From contig JADZED010000049.1 in NCBI GenBank assembly GCA_020850715.1, positions 3,693-67,692 on the forward strand: 64,000 nt of DNA, read 5' to 3'. The stretch is from Acidobacteriota bacterium. GTDB lineage: Bacteria > Acidobacteriota > Vicinamibacteria > Vicinamibacterales > CAVVIG01. The notes under the pieces are model-generated. The model made no database searches. It saw only the letters and a program-made list of their open reading frames with translations, and was not told where the DNA came from. A program made the translations under genes and the position numbers. Within the stretch, counting starts at the first letter, position 1. Every line of letters starts with the position of its first letter. This document shows positions 52,644 to 62,554 of this stretch, in pieces.

Positions 52644-52722
52644 GAGCCGAGGTGCGAGGCGTTGAAGGGACCAGGCAGGGTTCGATCCGGCGCACAAACC
52701 ATCCACAGGGCCCTTTCGCTGG

Positions 52723-52746
52723 CATTATCGAATGAGTCCGATAATG
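52723..52746. repeat. Perfect 8-bp inverted repeat (cattatcg-N8-cgataatg) inside an AT-rich island
   Basis: Read directly from the sequence. It is embedded in a stretch of about 46 bp (52723-52768) that is far more AT-rich than the rest of the window. Confidence 0.8.
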
Positions 52747-53077
52747 TATCTTATGTTAACTATCAACCGTCGAGCGCCAGTCGAGCATCTCCGCGGCACC
52801 GCTCTGGCGGCCTGGTCCCGGCGGCCACTCCGCGGCAGCCGCGCCGGCTGCCTCCGCGCGCTGCTCGCCGAGACGCGTCGACACCGCCGTCGCTCATTGC
52901 CGGCCTGGCCGGCCGTGCCGCCTGCCCAAGCACGCGTCCTCGGCCCTCTGGCGCGAGCGCGAGGCAGCATCGGAGCCCATAACCGTGCGACATCCCGGTA
53001 CGGTTCGCGGCCAGGCGCGCCGCAACTCCGGGCCGACCCCTGGTGCAGCGTACCGCTCCCGACGTCGGCTGCCCGGC

Positions 53078-53899
53078 TTAACGATCCTTGCGGAGCTCGC
53101 GCAGGACGTTCTCGAGCGCGTCGATGACCTCCTCGCGGGAGGCGCGCCCCTTGTTGAAACTGAGCTTGAGGTTGAAGGTCTTGGCCGGCGGCCGGAACGC
53201 AAAGACGTAATGCTTCGGCCGTCCTGGCTTCGGCTTGGCGACCGCTTCGCGCAGCCGCTGGCGCGTGGGGCTGCCCTGGGCGATCAACTGCTCGACGAGA
53301 GCGGTCATTTTCTCCGGGGTGTCCTGACGAACCACCTGCAGGAGCAACGACTTGGAGGAAATGTCGGCCAGCCGACACAGATCCCGGACCTCGGGTGGCA
53401 TCGCCTGCAGCGTCAGCGTTTCGGTGACCGACGAGCGCGACTTGCCCAGGCGCCGCGCCAGCTCCTCGTGCGTGTACCCGCAGCTCTCCGCCAGGCCGTG
53501 CAGCGCTTCGGATTCCTCGAACGGGGTCAGATCCTTGCGCTGCAGGTTCTCGATGAGCGCCAGTTCCAGCATCTCGGCGTCGCCGACGTCGCGCACGACG
53601 ACCGGCAGTTCGCGCAGCCCGAGCTGGACCGACGCCTGGTAGCGTCGTTCGCCGGCGACAATCTGGAAGCGGCCGGCACGCTGGCGCACGACCAGCGGCT
53701 CGAGGATCCCTTTCTCGGCGATCGACGCGATCAGCTCGGAGAGATCGCCCATGACCTGCCGGGGCTGATGGGGATTCGGATCGATTTCGTCGATCGGCAC
53801 CAGCCGGCCGACCGGCGTTCCGGCCGACGCCGCCAGCGCCTCCACGTAGTGCTCGTCGTGCCGCATCGACACCGTCGTCGGCAGCCCTCGTCTAGGCAC
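53078..53899 (-). CDS. parB: Chromosome partitioning protein ParB/Spo0J
   Basis: IDPNPHQPR, LEPLVVRQ..GRFQIVAGERRYQAS, and HTH LTHEELARRLGKSRSSVTETL. GTG at 53899 is preceded by aggagg. The alternative GTG is at 53917. Confidence 0.92.
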   Translation of the reverse strand: MPRRGLPTTVSMRHDEHYVEALAASAGTPVGRLVPIDEIDPNPHQPRQVMGDLSELIASIAEKGILEPLVVRQRAGRFQIVAGERRYQASVQLGLRELPVVVRDVGDAEMLELALIENLQRKDLTPFEESEALHGLAESCGYTHEELARRLGKSRSSVTETLTLQAMPPEVRDLCRLADISSKSLLLQVVRQDTPEKMTALVEQLIAQGSPTRQRLREAVAKPKPGRPKHYVFAFRPPAKTFNLKLSFNKGRASREEVIDALENVLRELRKDR

Positions 53900-54647
53900 G
53901 GTCGATAACCTCCTCACAGAGGCGATAGTACTCGGTCGCCCCTGTCGACTCGGGCGCGAAGGTGAAGATCGATTCCTTGTAGGCCGGACTTTCCTCCAGC
54001 CGGACGCTCTTGGTGATGACCGTCTTGAAGACCTTCCCGCCGAAGACCTTCTGGATCTGCGTCCGGATGTCGCGCGCCAGCGCGGTCCGCTTGTCGTGCA
54101 TCGTGATCACCACGCCAAGGATCCGCAGTCCCGGGTTCGGCCGCGCCCGCACCTTCTCGATCGTCTCGAGCAGATCATCGGTCCCTTCGAGCGCGAAGTA
54201 GGAGGACTGGATCGGAATGAGCAGGTGGGTCGCCGCAACCAGCGCATTCACCGTGAGCAGCCCGAGGGTCGGCGGGCAGTCGATGACCACCTGCGGATAC
54301 GCCTGGCGCAGCGGCTCGAGCTTGTCCTTGAGCCGGAAGTGCGCATCCATCTCCCCCACCAGCTTGGCCTCGAGCTTCGCCAGCGCGATGCGCGAGGGCG
54401 CGATCGACAGATGCTCGACCGGAGACGGCACGACCACGTCGGCCAGCGACACCGAGGGCTCCGCGATGGCGTCGTAGACGCTGCGCGTCACCGTTGCCAT
54501 GTCGAGAAACGACATCGTGCTGTTGGCCTGGGGATCGAGATCGATGAGCAGGGTGGGACGGCCGCGCAGCGCGAGCGCCGCGGCCAGGTTGATGGCGGTG
54601 GTCGTCTTGCCGACACCCCCCTTCTGATTCGCGATGGCGACAATCAT
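53892..54647 (-). CDS. parA: Chromosome partitioning ATPase ParA/Soj
   Basis: Deviant Walker A IVAIANQKGGVGKTTTAINLAAALA, and VIDCPPTLG. Confidence 0.95.
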   Translation of the reverse strand: MIVAIANQKGGVGKTTTAINLAAALALRGRPTLLIDLDPQANSTMSFLDMATVTRSVYDAIAEPSVSLADVVVPSPVEHLSIAPSRIALAKLEAKLVGEMDAHFRLKDKLEPLRQAYPQVVIDCPPTLGLLTVNALVAATHLLIPIQSSYFALEGTDDLLETIEKVRARPNPGLRILGVVITMHDKRTALARDIRTQIQKVFGGKVFKTVITKSVRLEESPAYKESIFTFAPESTGATEYYRLCEEVIDRA

Positions 54648-54677
54648 GGCGCAGGGTCGGCGGCGATTGTAGCAGAC

Positions 54678-55163
54678 CTACATCTTGTATTTCCCCAACT
54701 CGTCCGGATCGAGGCTCTCGAGCCACTTGTGCAGCCGCTCGGCATCGTGCGGATCGGTCGAGAAGTCGACCGTCTTGGCGTGGTCGATCACCGCCTCCTC
54801 GACGAAGATCGGCGCGCGCGTCCGCAGCGCCAGCGCCAGCGCATCGCTCGGCCGGGCGTCGATCGCCACCGTGTCGCCGCCAAGCCCGAGGTAGATGAGC
54901 GCATAGAAGGTGTTCTCCTGCAGGTCCGAGACGACGACCTTCCGGACCGTGGCGTGCAGGTCCGCGATGATGTTGCGCAGCAGATCGTGCGTCATCGGCC
55001 GCGGCGTCGCGATGTTCTCGATCTGGAGCGCGATCGCGTTCGCCTCGAAGATGCCGACCCAGATGGGCAGCACCTTCTGCCCCTCCTTGTCGCGGAGGAT
55101 CACAATCGGCATGTTGGTGACCGGGTCGACCATCAGACCCTTGATGCTCATCTCGATCTGCAT
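54678..55163 (-). CDS. Bifunctional nuclease domain (BFN/DUF151) protein
   Basis: MVDPVTNMPIVILRDKEGQKVLPIWVGIFEANAIALQIENIATPRPMTHDLL. Confidence 0.85.
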   Translation of the reverse strand: MQIEMSIKGLMVDPVTNMPIVILRDKEGQKVLPIWVGIFEANAIALQIENIATPRPMTHDLLRNIIADLHATVRKVVVSDLQENTFYALIYLGLGGDTVAIDARPSDALALALRTRAPIFVEEAVIDHAKTVDFSTDPHDAERLHKWLESLDPDELGKYKM

Positions 55164-55172
55164 GGCTACAAC

Positions 55173-56588
55173 CTAGGCGCGAGCGCCCTCCGTGTCAAAC
55201 CCTGTGTCGTCCTGGCGCGGTGCGGCGCTCCCCGGCGCCGAAGGCTCGGCCGCCCGCCCCCAGACGCTGTGCGGTCCCGCCCGCTCCACAATGACCGGCA
55301 CCGTCCGCCCGATCCAGACCGCCGGTCCCGGCAGGTTCACCACCACGTTGGTCGACGTCCGTCCCGAGAGTTCGGTCTCGCGCCGCCGGCTCGCCGCATC
55401 GATCAGCACGTCGACACGCGATCCGACCAGCGCCTCGTGGAGCCCCGTCTGGATCGCACGCTGCCGCGCCTGCAGCGCCACGATGCGCGCCGTCTTCACC
55501 GGCTCCGGCACCTCGTCCGGCAGCCGCCGGGCGGCCAGCGTGTTGGGACGCTCGGAGTACTTGAACGAGAACATGCCATGGTAGCCGACCGCCTCGACGA
55601 GCGTCAGGGTGTCCTCGAAGTCGGCCTCGCTCTCTCCGGGGAACCCGACGATCACGTCGGTCGAGAGCGCCACCTCGGGCAGCGTCTCACGAATGCGCGC
55701 GACCAGATCCAGGTAGCCCTCGCGTGTGTAACGCCGGCGCATCGCGCGCAGCACCCGCGTCGCGCCCGACTGCACGGGCAGGTGGAGGTGACGGCAGACT
55801 TTCGGCAGCCCCGCCATTGCCGCCAGCAGCCGCGGCGTGACGTGCCGCGGGTGCGGACTGGCGAAACGGATCCGTTCGATGCCGGCGACCTCGTGAATCG
55901 CCTCGAGAAGGCCGGCAAAGTCGCACGGCGGATCGTCGGGCGCTTCGTAGTGATTGACGATCTGGCCGAGCAATTGCACTTCCCGCCGCCCGCTGCGAGC
56001 CGCTTCCTGCACCTCGGCGAGAATGTCGGCTTTGGCGCGCATCCGTTCGTGCCCGCGCGTGTACGGCACGACGCAGAAGCTGCAGAATTCATTGCACCCC
56101 TCGATGATGGTGACATAGGCCTTCACCGGATCGCCGCGCCGTGTCACCCCGAGCGGCCAACTCACGTCGTCCTGCGCACCGAGGTCGATGAGCGCCGGCG
56201 GCCCGCTCCTCCGCGAAGCTGACCGCCGCGCCGCTGCGTCCACCAGCATCGGCAGCCGCCGGATCGCCTGCGTGCCGACGATCACGTCGGCAACGCCGGG
56301 CGAACGCGCCAGCAGCGCAGCCCCTTCCTGCTGCGCCACGCAGCCGGCGATGGCCACAATCGGGTCGTGCCCCTGCTCGGCCGCCAGTTCGCGCAGTTCG
56401 CCGAGCCGCGTGTACAGCTTCTCCTCGGCCCGCTCCCGCACGCTGCAGGTGTTGATCACCACCACATCGGCGTCGGCCGCCTCGGCGGTGGCCTCGTATC
56501 CCGCCTGCTCGAGCAGGCCCGCCATCCGCTCGGAATCGTGGACGTTCATCTGGCAGCCGAACGTCTCGATGAGGTACTTACGCGCCAC
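55173..56588 (-). CDS. miaB: tRNA-2-methylthio-N6-dimethylallyladenosine synthase (radical SAM methylthiotransferase)
   Basis: YLIETFGCQMNVHDSE (UPF0004 domain), radical SAM CNEFCSFCVVP, and a TRAM domain at the C-terminus. Confidence 0.95.
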   Translation of the reverse strand: MARKYLIETFGCQMNVHDSERMAGLLEQAGYEATAEAADADVVVINTCSVRERAEEKLYTRLGELRELAAEQGHDPIVAIAGCVAQQEGAALLARSPGVADVIVGTQAIRRLPMLVDAAARRSASRRSGPPALIDLGAQDDVSWPLGVTRRGDPVKAYVTIIEGCNEFCSFCVVPYTRGHERMRAKADILAEVQEAARSGRREVQLLGQIVNHYEAPDDPPCDFAGLLEAIHEVAGIERIRFASPHPRHVTPRLLAAMAGLPKVCRHLHLPVQSGATRVLRAMRRRYTREGYLDLVARIRETLPEVALSTDVIVGFPGESEADFEDTLTLVEAVGYHGMFSFKYSERPNTLAARRLPDEVPEPVKTARIVALQARQRAIQTGLHEALVGSRVDVLIDAASRRRETELSGRTSTNVVVNLPGPAVWIGRTVPVIVERAGPHSVWGRAAEPSAPGSAAPRQDDTGFDTEGARA

Positions 56589-58392
56589 GGCGCTTTACGC
56601 CCTTCCGGTTCTTTGTCGCCACGGTCTTGGCCGCCTCCGTGCCTCTTTCGGTTTCGCCTTTCGCCCTTTCGCTTTCGCCCTCTCGCCTGTCGCCTGTCGG
56701 GTCCGCCGGTTCCGGCCCTCGCGCCTCCGTTCCGGCGCCCGCGGCCAGCATGGTGCGGATCGTCTCCCGGAGCGCCGGCGTCGGCGTTCCGCCCAGCATC
56801 CGGCCAAGCTCGTCCATTCGCGCGTCGGCATCCAGCCGCCGGACGGTTGTATGGGTCCGCCCGCCCTCGACCCGCTTGGCGATCTCGAAGTGGGCGTCGG
56901 CGCGGGCCGCAATCTGCGGCAGATGCGTGATGCAGAGCACCTGGAACGCCGACCCCAGCGCCCGCAGGTTGCGTCCGACGATGTCCGCCGTGCGGCCGCC
57001 AATGCCGGCATCGACCTCGTCGAAGATCAGCCCAGGCGCTTCCGCGCCAGGCTGGCGGTCGGCGGCGGCCGTGAAGCCGCAGCGCGTGGCCGTGGTGAGC
57101 GTCTTGATCGCGAGCATCAGACGCGACAGTTCGCCGCCCGAGACGATGCGCGCCAGCGGACGCAGATCTTCGCCGGGGTTGGGCGAGACGAAGAACTCGG
57201 CCGCATCGATGCCCGACCGGGTCCATGCCTCCTCGCTCTCTGCAGCCTCGTCGAAGCGGATTTCGAATCGGGTGCCCTCCATGGCCAAGTCGCCGACCAG
57301 GGCGACCAGTCGCGACGCGAAGTCGGCCGCGCGCTGGCGCCGCGCCGCCGAGAGCGCGCGGGCGCGGGCCAGGTAGTCGGCCGCAGCCGCTTCCCGCCTG
57401 GCTTCGAGCTCGCCGATACGGGCATCGCCGTTCGCCAGATCGCTCAGCTCCTCCCGCAGGCTGGACCGCTTCGCGACGACATCGGCGAGCGTCCCGCCGT
57501 GCTTCCGCTTCAACCGCTCGAGCTGCGCCAGCCGCTCATCGACCTGCTGCAGTCGGTCCGGCGAAGCCTGTATGCTCCCCGCGTAGTCGCGCAGGAACGC
57601 GGCAAGATCCTCGAGCTGTCCCTTCAGCCCGGCGCGAGCCTCGAGATACGGCTGGAATTTCGGATCCAGCGCCGCCAGCTCGCCGACCCGGCGCCAGACG
57701 CCCCCGAGCCGCGGCAGCACGGCGTCGTCGCTCTCGTAAAGGGATGCGTAACCCTCGAGGCAGAGGCGCTCCACGCGCTCGGCGCCCGCCAGGACGCGCC
57801 GGAGCGCACCGAGCTCCTCGTCTTCTGCCGGCAGCGGCGCCACACGGTCCAGCTCCGCCAACTGGAAGACGACGAGCTCCTGCCGTGCTTCGCGATCGGC
57901 GAGCGCGCGACGCATCAGGCTCAGCTCGTCGCGGCAGTGCCGGTAGCGGAGGAATGCGGCCTCGACTGCGGCCGCCTCGGCCTCGAGGCCGCCAAAGGCA
58001 TCGAGCACATCGAGATGGCTGGCCGGGTCGAGCAGCGTGTGATGTTCGTGCTGGCCGTGCAGCTCGATCAAGCGCTCGGCAAGCGCCTTCAGGCCGCCGA
58101 TCGGCGTGAGATCGCCGTTCACGTACGCGCGGCTCCGTCCCTGCGTCGTGATTTCACGCCGGATCAGGAATTCCTCGCCGGCGTGCTCGAAGATCGCCTC
58201 GACGCTGGCGGTGGTCTCGCCCGTGCGAATCAGGTCGGCCGACGCGCGGCCGCCCAGGAGCAGACCGACCGCTTCGACGAGCATGGATTTTCCGGCTCCA
58301 GTTTCGCCGGTCAGGACGTTGAGGCCGGGTTCGAACTCAATCTCGGCCGCATCAATCACCGCCAGGTGTCGTATCCGGAGGAAGCGAAGCAT
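56578..58392 (-). CDS. recN: DNA repair protein RecN with extended charged C-terminal tail
   Basis: MLRFLRIRHLAVIDAAEIEFEPGLNVLTGETGAGKS, a long coiled coil, and SGGELSRLMLAIK...LIFDEVDAGIGG. It overlaps the miaB start by 11 nt. Confidence 0.93.
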   Translation of the reverse strand: MLRFLRIRHLAVIDAAEIEFEPGLNVLTGETGAGKSMLVEAVGLLLGGRASADLIRTGETTASVEAIFEHAGEEFLIRREITTQGRSRAYVNGDLTPIGGLKALAERLIELHGQHEHHTLLDPASHLDVLDAFGGLEAEAAAVEAAFLRYRHCRDELSLMRRALADREARQELVVFQLAELDRVAPLPAEDEELGALRRVLAGAERVERLCLEGYASLYESDDAVLPRLGGVWRRVGELAALDPKFQPYLEARAGLKGQLEDLAAFLRDYAGSIQASPDRLQQVDERLAQLERLKRKHGGTLADVVAKRSSLREELSDLANGDARIGELEARREAAAADYLARARALSAARRQRAADFASRLVALVGDLAMEGTRFEIRFDEAAESEEAWTRSGIDAAEFFVSPNPGEDLRPLARIVSGGELSRLMLAIKTLTTATRCGFTAAADRQPGAEAPGLIFDEVDAGIGGRTADIVGRNLRALGSAFQVLCITHLPQIAARADAHFEIAKRVEGGRTHTTVRRLDADARMDELGRMLGGTPTPALRETIRTMLAAGAGTEARGPEPADPTGDRREGESERAKGETERGTEAAKTVATKNRKGVKRRGA

Positions 58393-58425
58393 GGCGAATG
58401 CGAGAACTCCAATGCTAACATAGGT

Positions 58426-58454
58426 TTGACAGCAGTTTCACGCCGTGATACAGT
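58426..58454 (+). promoter_or_regulatory. Near-consensus sigma-70 promoter upstream of tolQ
   Basis: TTGACA - 17 nt - TACAGT in the recN/tolQ divergent intergenic region. Confidence 0.5.
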
Positions 58455-58622
58455 TCTGCGCTTTCAGGCCGGATCACGCTCCTGTCGTCCGGCGGCGCTG
58501 TCCCAGCGGCGCAATCCGATGTGGCGGAGGGCCGTTTGCGCACGCTTGGAAGCCCTTTCTTCGCCCTGCTTCAGCAGGCGGAGGGTGGTGGGGCCGTGCC
58601 TGACCTCGGGACCGGGCTCGTC

Positions 58623-59294
58623 ATGCCCGAGAGCCCCGTATCTCAGGCGGTTCTCGGACTCCTGCTCCTGTTCTCGGTCATCTCCTGGGGCATCATTCTC
58701 TACAAGCTGATCATCTATCGCCGGACGACGAGCCAGACCAGACAGTTTCTCGAGGTGTTCCGGCGCAGCAGCAAGTTCTCCGAGGTTCAGGCGGTCTGCC
58801 GATCGCTCTCGGAGAGCCCGCTGGTCGGGCTCTTCCAGTCGGGATATGCCGAGCTCACCGCGCAACTGCGACAGCCGGGACAGCCCGAGCCGGCGCCCAG
58901 TCCGGCCGCGCCGGGTGCTCGTCCAACCGTCAGGAGCATCACGGCGGTGGACCGCGCGTTGATGCGTGCTTCGGTGGTCGAAGTCAACAAGCTCGAGCGC
59001 TACGTCGGCTTCCTCGCTACCACGGCCAGCATCACGCCGTTCATCGGGCTGTTCGGCACGGTGCTCGGCATCATGGCCGCGTTCCAGGGCATCGGCCAGA
59101 CCGGCTCCACCAACCTTGGCGTCGTCGCCCCGGGCATTGCCGACGCGCTGATTGCGACGGCCGCGGGCCTGTTTGCGGCGATTCCGGCCGTGTACTTCTA
59201 CAACCATTTCACGCATCGCGTGAAGGTGTTCGCCTCCGAGATGGACGATTTCGCGATGGAGTTCCTGAACATCGTGGAACGCAACTTTACCTGA
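58623..59294 (+). CDS. tolQ: Tol-Pal system proton channel TolQ (MotA/TolQ/ExbB family)
   Basis: Three TM segments, the motif TASITPFIGLFGTVLGIM, and position upstream of tolR-tolA-tolB-pal. Confidence 0.88.
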   Translation: MPESPVSQAVLGLLLLFSVISWGIILYKLIIYRRTTSQTRQFLEVFRRSSKFSEVQAVCRSLSESPLVGLFQSGYAELTAQLRQPGQPEPAPSPAAPGARPTVRSITAVDRALMRASVVEVNKLERYVGFLATTASITPFIGLFGTVLGIMAAFQGIGQTGSTNLGVVAPGIADALIATAAGLFAAIPAVYFYNHFTHRVKVFASEMDDFAMEFLNIVERNFT

Positions 59295-59307
59295 GGCTCG
59301 CCGCGTC

Positions 59308-59766
59308 ATGCCCAAGGTTCAACAAGCGGCGCCGGTCGCGGGGCGCGGACATCGCGGCCGCCGTGTGGCCACCTCGCTCGCCGAGATCAATGTCGTCCCG
59401 CTCGTGGACGTGATGCTGGTGCTGCTCATCATCTTCATGGTGACGGCGCCGATGATCCAGCGCGGCGTCGAAGTGAACATTCCCGTCTCGACCCGGTCGA
59501 CGGAAATCTCGACCGAGCGCGTGTTCGTGAGCATCCCGCTCTCCTACCGCCAGGACCACGTCGTATTTCTTTCCGAGAAGCCGATCGGCCCCGCGGTGTT
59601 CCAGGAGCGGGTGCGACAGGCGATGGAGGGCCGCGCGAAGAAGGAGGTCTTCCTGCGGGGCGACGCCGGCGTGCAATATCAGGAATTGATGGAGGTCTTC
59701 GATCAGTTGAAGGCCGCGGGCGTCGAAACGGTCGGGCTGGTCACCAAGCTGCCGGGCGAGCGCTGA
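59308..59766 (+). CDS. tolR: Tol-Pal system protein TolR (ExbD/TolR family)
   Basis: AEINVVPLVDVMLVLLIIFMVTAP, with the conserved Asp in the TM segment. Confidence 0.88.
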   Translation: MPKVQQAAPVAGRGHRGRRVATSLAEINVVPLVDVMLVLLIIFMVTAPMIQRGVEVNIPVSTRSTEISTERVFVSIPLSYRQDHVVFLSEKPIGPAVFQERVRQAMEGRAKKEVFLRGDAGVQYQELMEVFDQLKAAGVETVGLVTKLPGER

Positions 59767-60542
59767 TGGAAGTGACCGACGTCCTGCGCGGCCGGATGGA
59801 ACAGCCTGGCGGCTTCCAGACGATGGTCGCCGTGTCGGGAGTGCTCCATGCGGCGGCCATCGGCGCGCTGCTGCTCGCGCCGCGTGGACTGCTCCAGCGC
59901 GCGTCGGAACCGGACGCGCCCGTGATGACGATCTCGCTCGGCGGCGGTGAGGGACCGCGCAACGGCGGCATCACGCCGATGGGTGGCCGGGCGGTCCAGG
60001 CGGAAGCCCCGCCGGAGGCGCCGCGCCAGACGATGCGGCCGCCGGCCGCGCGGACGCCGCTCATGGAACTGCCGCTCCCGAAGGCGCGGACGGTCAAGCC
60101 GGCGCCGAAGGTCGCCGAGGCGCCCGACTCGGCCCGCGGCCGGACGCCGTCGCGCGGCAAGGAGGCGGCGGCTGGCAGTTCGCCGTCCGAGACCGGCGCG
60201 CGGGGGCAGGGCTTCGGACTGTCCACCGGCGGCGGTCCCGGCGCCGGCTCGACGATCGACGCCATCAACTTCTGCTGCCCCGACTACATCGTGCAGATGC
60301 TCGATCGCATCCGCAGCAACTGGGTCCAGCGCGCGGAGTCGGCCGGCACCAATACCGTGAAGTTCACGATCCAGCGCGACGGCCGCATCGCCGACGTAGT
60401 GCTCGAGAAATCCAGCGGCTACAGCAACCTCGACCTGGCGTCGCAGCGGGCGCTGCTCGTCACCCGGACGTTGAATCCGCTGCCCGCCGGCTACCCGAAT
60501 CCTTCGTTGACCATGCACCTCAATTTCGAATACGTCCCATGA
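59766..60542 (+). CDS. tolA: TolA/TonB-family energy-transducer protein (TM anchor, Pro/Ala-rich spacer, TonB_C-like domain)
   Basis: TM segment AVSGVLHAAAIGALLLA, a Pro-rich spacer, a C-terminal domain ...VKFTIQRDGRIADVVLEKSSGYSNLDLASQRALL..., and operon position. Confidence 0.7.
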   Translation: MEVTDVLRGRMEQPGGFQTMVAVSGVLHAAAIGALLLAPRGLLQRASEPDAPVMTISLGGGEGPRNGGITPMGGRAVQAEAPPEAPRQTMRPPAARTPLMELPLPKARTVKPAPKVAEAPDSARGRTPSRGKEAAAGSSPSETGARGQGFGLSTGGGPGAGSTIDAINFCCPDYIVQMLDRIRSNWVQRAESAGTNTVKFTIQRDGRIADVVLEKSSGYSNLDLASQRALLVTRTLNPLPAGYPNPSLTMHLNFEYVP

Positions 60543-61951
60543 TTCGGATTCTTCGTTTCTTCGCAACGTTCGCCGTGGCGTTCGGCGTCGGTCTCGCCGC
60601 CGATGGCGTGCGCCCGCAGGCCCCGGCCCAGCCGGCGCCGTCGTCACCGGCGCCGTCGTCACCGGCGCCGGCGCCGGCGCAGCAGCCGAGCGAGCTCAGC
60701 ACCACGATCACCAGCGACAGTTCCGGTGCGCCGCCGCGGTTCGCCGTGCCCGACTTCATTCCGCTGTCACCCGACGCCGAAACGGCCGCGATCGCGAAGA
60801 CGCTCGGCCAGGTGCTCTGGGACGACCTGAGCTTCGAGCGGGAGTTCGCCATGATCCCGCGCGACACCTACCGGACCATTCCGGCGGCCGCCTCTTTCGA
60901 GGCGGTGCCGCTCGATCGCTGGCGCGAGCTGAATCCCGACGCGCTCCTCATCGGCGCCGTCCAGAAGACGGCTGACGGCCTTCGAATCGAGGCGCGCCTG
61001 TTCAACATGCGGTCGATGCAGGCGGTGTTCGGCAAGGAGTACCGCGGCAGCGCGGCCAATCCGCGGCTGTTCGCGCACACGATCGCCGACGAGATCTACC
61101 AGCAGCAGCGCGCGCTGCGGGGGGTCGCCCGCACGCGGCTCACCTTCAGCTCCGACCGCGACGGAGAGCGCATGCGCGGGACAATCGAGGAGCGCAGCGT
61201 GAAGGAGATCTACATCTCCGACTACGACGGGGCCAACCAGCGACGCGTCACGACCGGACGGTCATTGAACATCACGCCCGCCTGGTCGCCTGACGCCCGC
61301 TCGATCGCGTACACCTCGTATCGTCGCGGGGCGCCGAACATCCTGATCTCGAACCTGTATCTCGGCACGCTCGACGAACTGACGAGCGGCTCGACGCAGA
61401 GCTTTCTGCCGGCCTGGTCGCCCGACGGCACGCGCGTGGCCTTCTTCTCGACCCGCGACGGCAACTCGGAAATCTACGTGGCCAACCGCGACGGCACGAA
61501 CGTGCGGCGGCTGACCAACCACCCCGCGATCGACAGCACGCCCACCTGGTCGCCCTCCGGCACGCAGATCGCGTTCACGTCGGACCGCTCAGGCACGCCC
61601 CAGATCTACGTCATGGGCGCCGATGGCCTTGGCCTGCAGCGGGTCTCGGCCGACGGCTACTGCGATCGGCCCACGTGGTCGCCCGCGCCGTACAACGAGA
61701 TCGCGTATGCCGCACGCACCGGCCCCGGCTTCGACATCAAGGTGAAGGATTTGGCGAGCGGCCAGGTGCGCCAGCTCACCTTCGGCGAAGGTACCAACGA
61801 GAGCCCGTCGTTCTCCCCCAACGGCCGGCACATCGCCTTCACGTCGACCCGCTCGGGGAAGACGCAGGTGTTCACGATGACGCGCGATGGTCGCGACGTG
61901 CGGCAGATCACGCGGGCGGGCAACAACTATCAACCGGACTGGTCCAAGTGA
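60539..61951 (+). CDS. tolB: Tol-Pal system beta-propeller protein TolB
   Basis: Repeated P.WSPDG..IAF.S.R.G...I motifs (at least 5 blades visible). ATGA overlap with tolA. Confidence 0.92.
   Translation: MIRILRFFATFAVAFGVGLAADGVRPQAPAQPAPSSPAPSSPAPAPAQQPSELSTTITSDSSGAPPRFAVPDFIPLSPDAETAAIAKTLGQVLWDDLSFEREFAMIPRDTYRTIPAAASFEAVPLDRWRELNPDALLIGAVQKTADGLRIEARLFNMRSMQAVFGKEYRGSAANPRLFAHTIADEIYQQQRALRGVARTRLTFSSDRDGERMRGTIEERSVKEIYISDYDGANQRRVTTGRSLNITPAWSPDARSIAYTSYRRGAPNILISNLYLGTLDELTSGSTQSFLPAWSPDGTRVAFFSTRDGNSEIYVANRDGTNVRRLTNHPAIDSTPTWSPSGTQIAFTSDRSGTPQIYVMGADGLGLQRVSADGYCDRPTWSPAPYNEIAYAARTGPGFDIKVKDLASGQVRQLTFGEGTNESPSFSPNGRHIAFTSTRSGKTQVFTMTRDGRDVRQITRAGNNYQPDWSK
60632..60670 (+). repeat. 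15-bp tandem repeat (about 2.6 copies) inside the tolB 5' region
   Basis: ccggcgccgtcgtca occurs twice, then ccggcgccg. It encodes [13 protein letters not shown] in the signal-peptide-proximal linker. Confidence 0.8.
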
Positions 61952-61965
61952 CGCAAGAGGTAGCG

Positions 61966-62529
61966 ATGACGCATCGACGATCGGCGGCGGTCTTCTTCAC
62001 GGCGGCACTGCTTCTGGCGGCTGTTGGATGCCACAAGAACGTCGCGCCCGTGCCGCGGCCCGCGCCGCCGCCGGCCTCCATCGAGCGTCCGCCTGCGCCG
62101 CCGGAGCCGGTGGGCGAGCCGGTCGCGGTGCCGCCCGAACCTTTGCAGGAGGACACGATCGCTTCGTCTTCGCTCGATGATCTCAATCGGAGCTCGCCGC
62201 TCGGCCCGGTCTTCTTCGAGCTCGACAGCAGCGAGATCAACGCGGCCGGCCAGCGGGTGCTCGATGCGAACGCCGCCGCGCTCAAGCGGTACCCGTCCTG
62301 GGTCGTCACCATCGAAGGGCATTGCGACGAACGTGGAACCGCCGAGTACAATCTGGCTCTGGGCGAGCGCCGGGCCGTCTCGGCGCGCGCCTATCTGGTG
62401 TCGCTCGGCATCTCACCGGACCGTCTCCGGACGGTGAGCTACGGCAAGGAGTTTCCGTTCGATCCCGGCCACGACGACGCGGCCTACGCCAGGAACCGGC
62501 GCGCCCACTTCGTCATCACCGCGAAGTGA
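61966..62529 (+). CDS. pal: Peptidoglycan-associated lipoprotein Pal (OmpA-C domain)
   Basis: Lipobox LLLAAVGC. OmpA-like domain [24 protein letters not shown]...NRRAHFV. Confidence 0.92.
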   Translation: MTHRRSAAVFFTAALLLAAVGCHKNVAPVPRPAPPPASIERPPAPPEPVGEPVAVPPEPLQEDTIASSSLDDLNRSSPLGPVFFELDSSEINAAGQRVLDANAAALKRYPSWVVTIEGHCDERGTAEYNLALGERRAVSARAYLVSLGISPDRLRTVSYGKEFPFDPGHDDAAYARNRRAHFVITAK

Positions 62530-62554
62530 ACGACGCGTGCTTCGAGGAGCGCCT

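Noticed and set aside
52676-52702. A possible tRNA or tmRNA 3' end (gggttcgatccgg…aacca).
   Set aside because: The T-stem arms do not pair properly. The only possible acceptor partner lies about 50 nt upstream, which is too short for a tRNA. No anticodon or D arms could be built. It is kept only as a possible att-like remnant within the noncoding-gap finding.
53078-54647. A parS site (tGTTTCACGTGAAACa) near parAB.
   Set aside because: I checked the CACGTG occurrences I could spot in the window (for example about 18618, 26352, 30108 and 41490) and none has the GTTTCAC/GTGAAAC flanks. The 12-bp palindrome gatcacgtgatc at 41487-41498 lies inside a coding region and is not parS-like.
58393-58425. 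A LexA/SOS box upstream of recN.
   Set aside because: No CTGT-N8-ACAG or GAAC-N4-GTTC type palindrome is present in the recN leader. The LexA motif for this lineage is not known to me, so no call is made.
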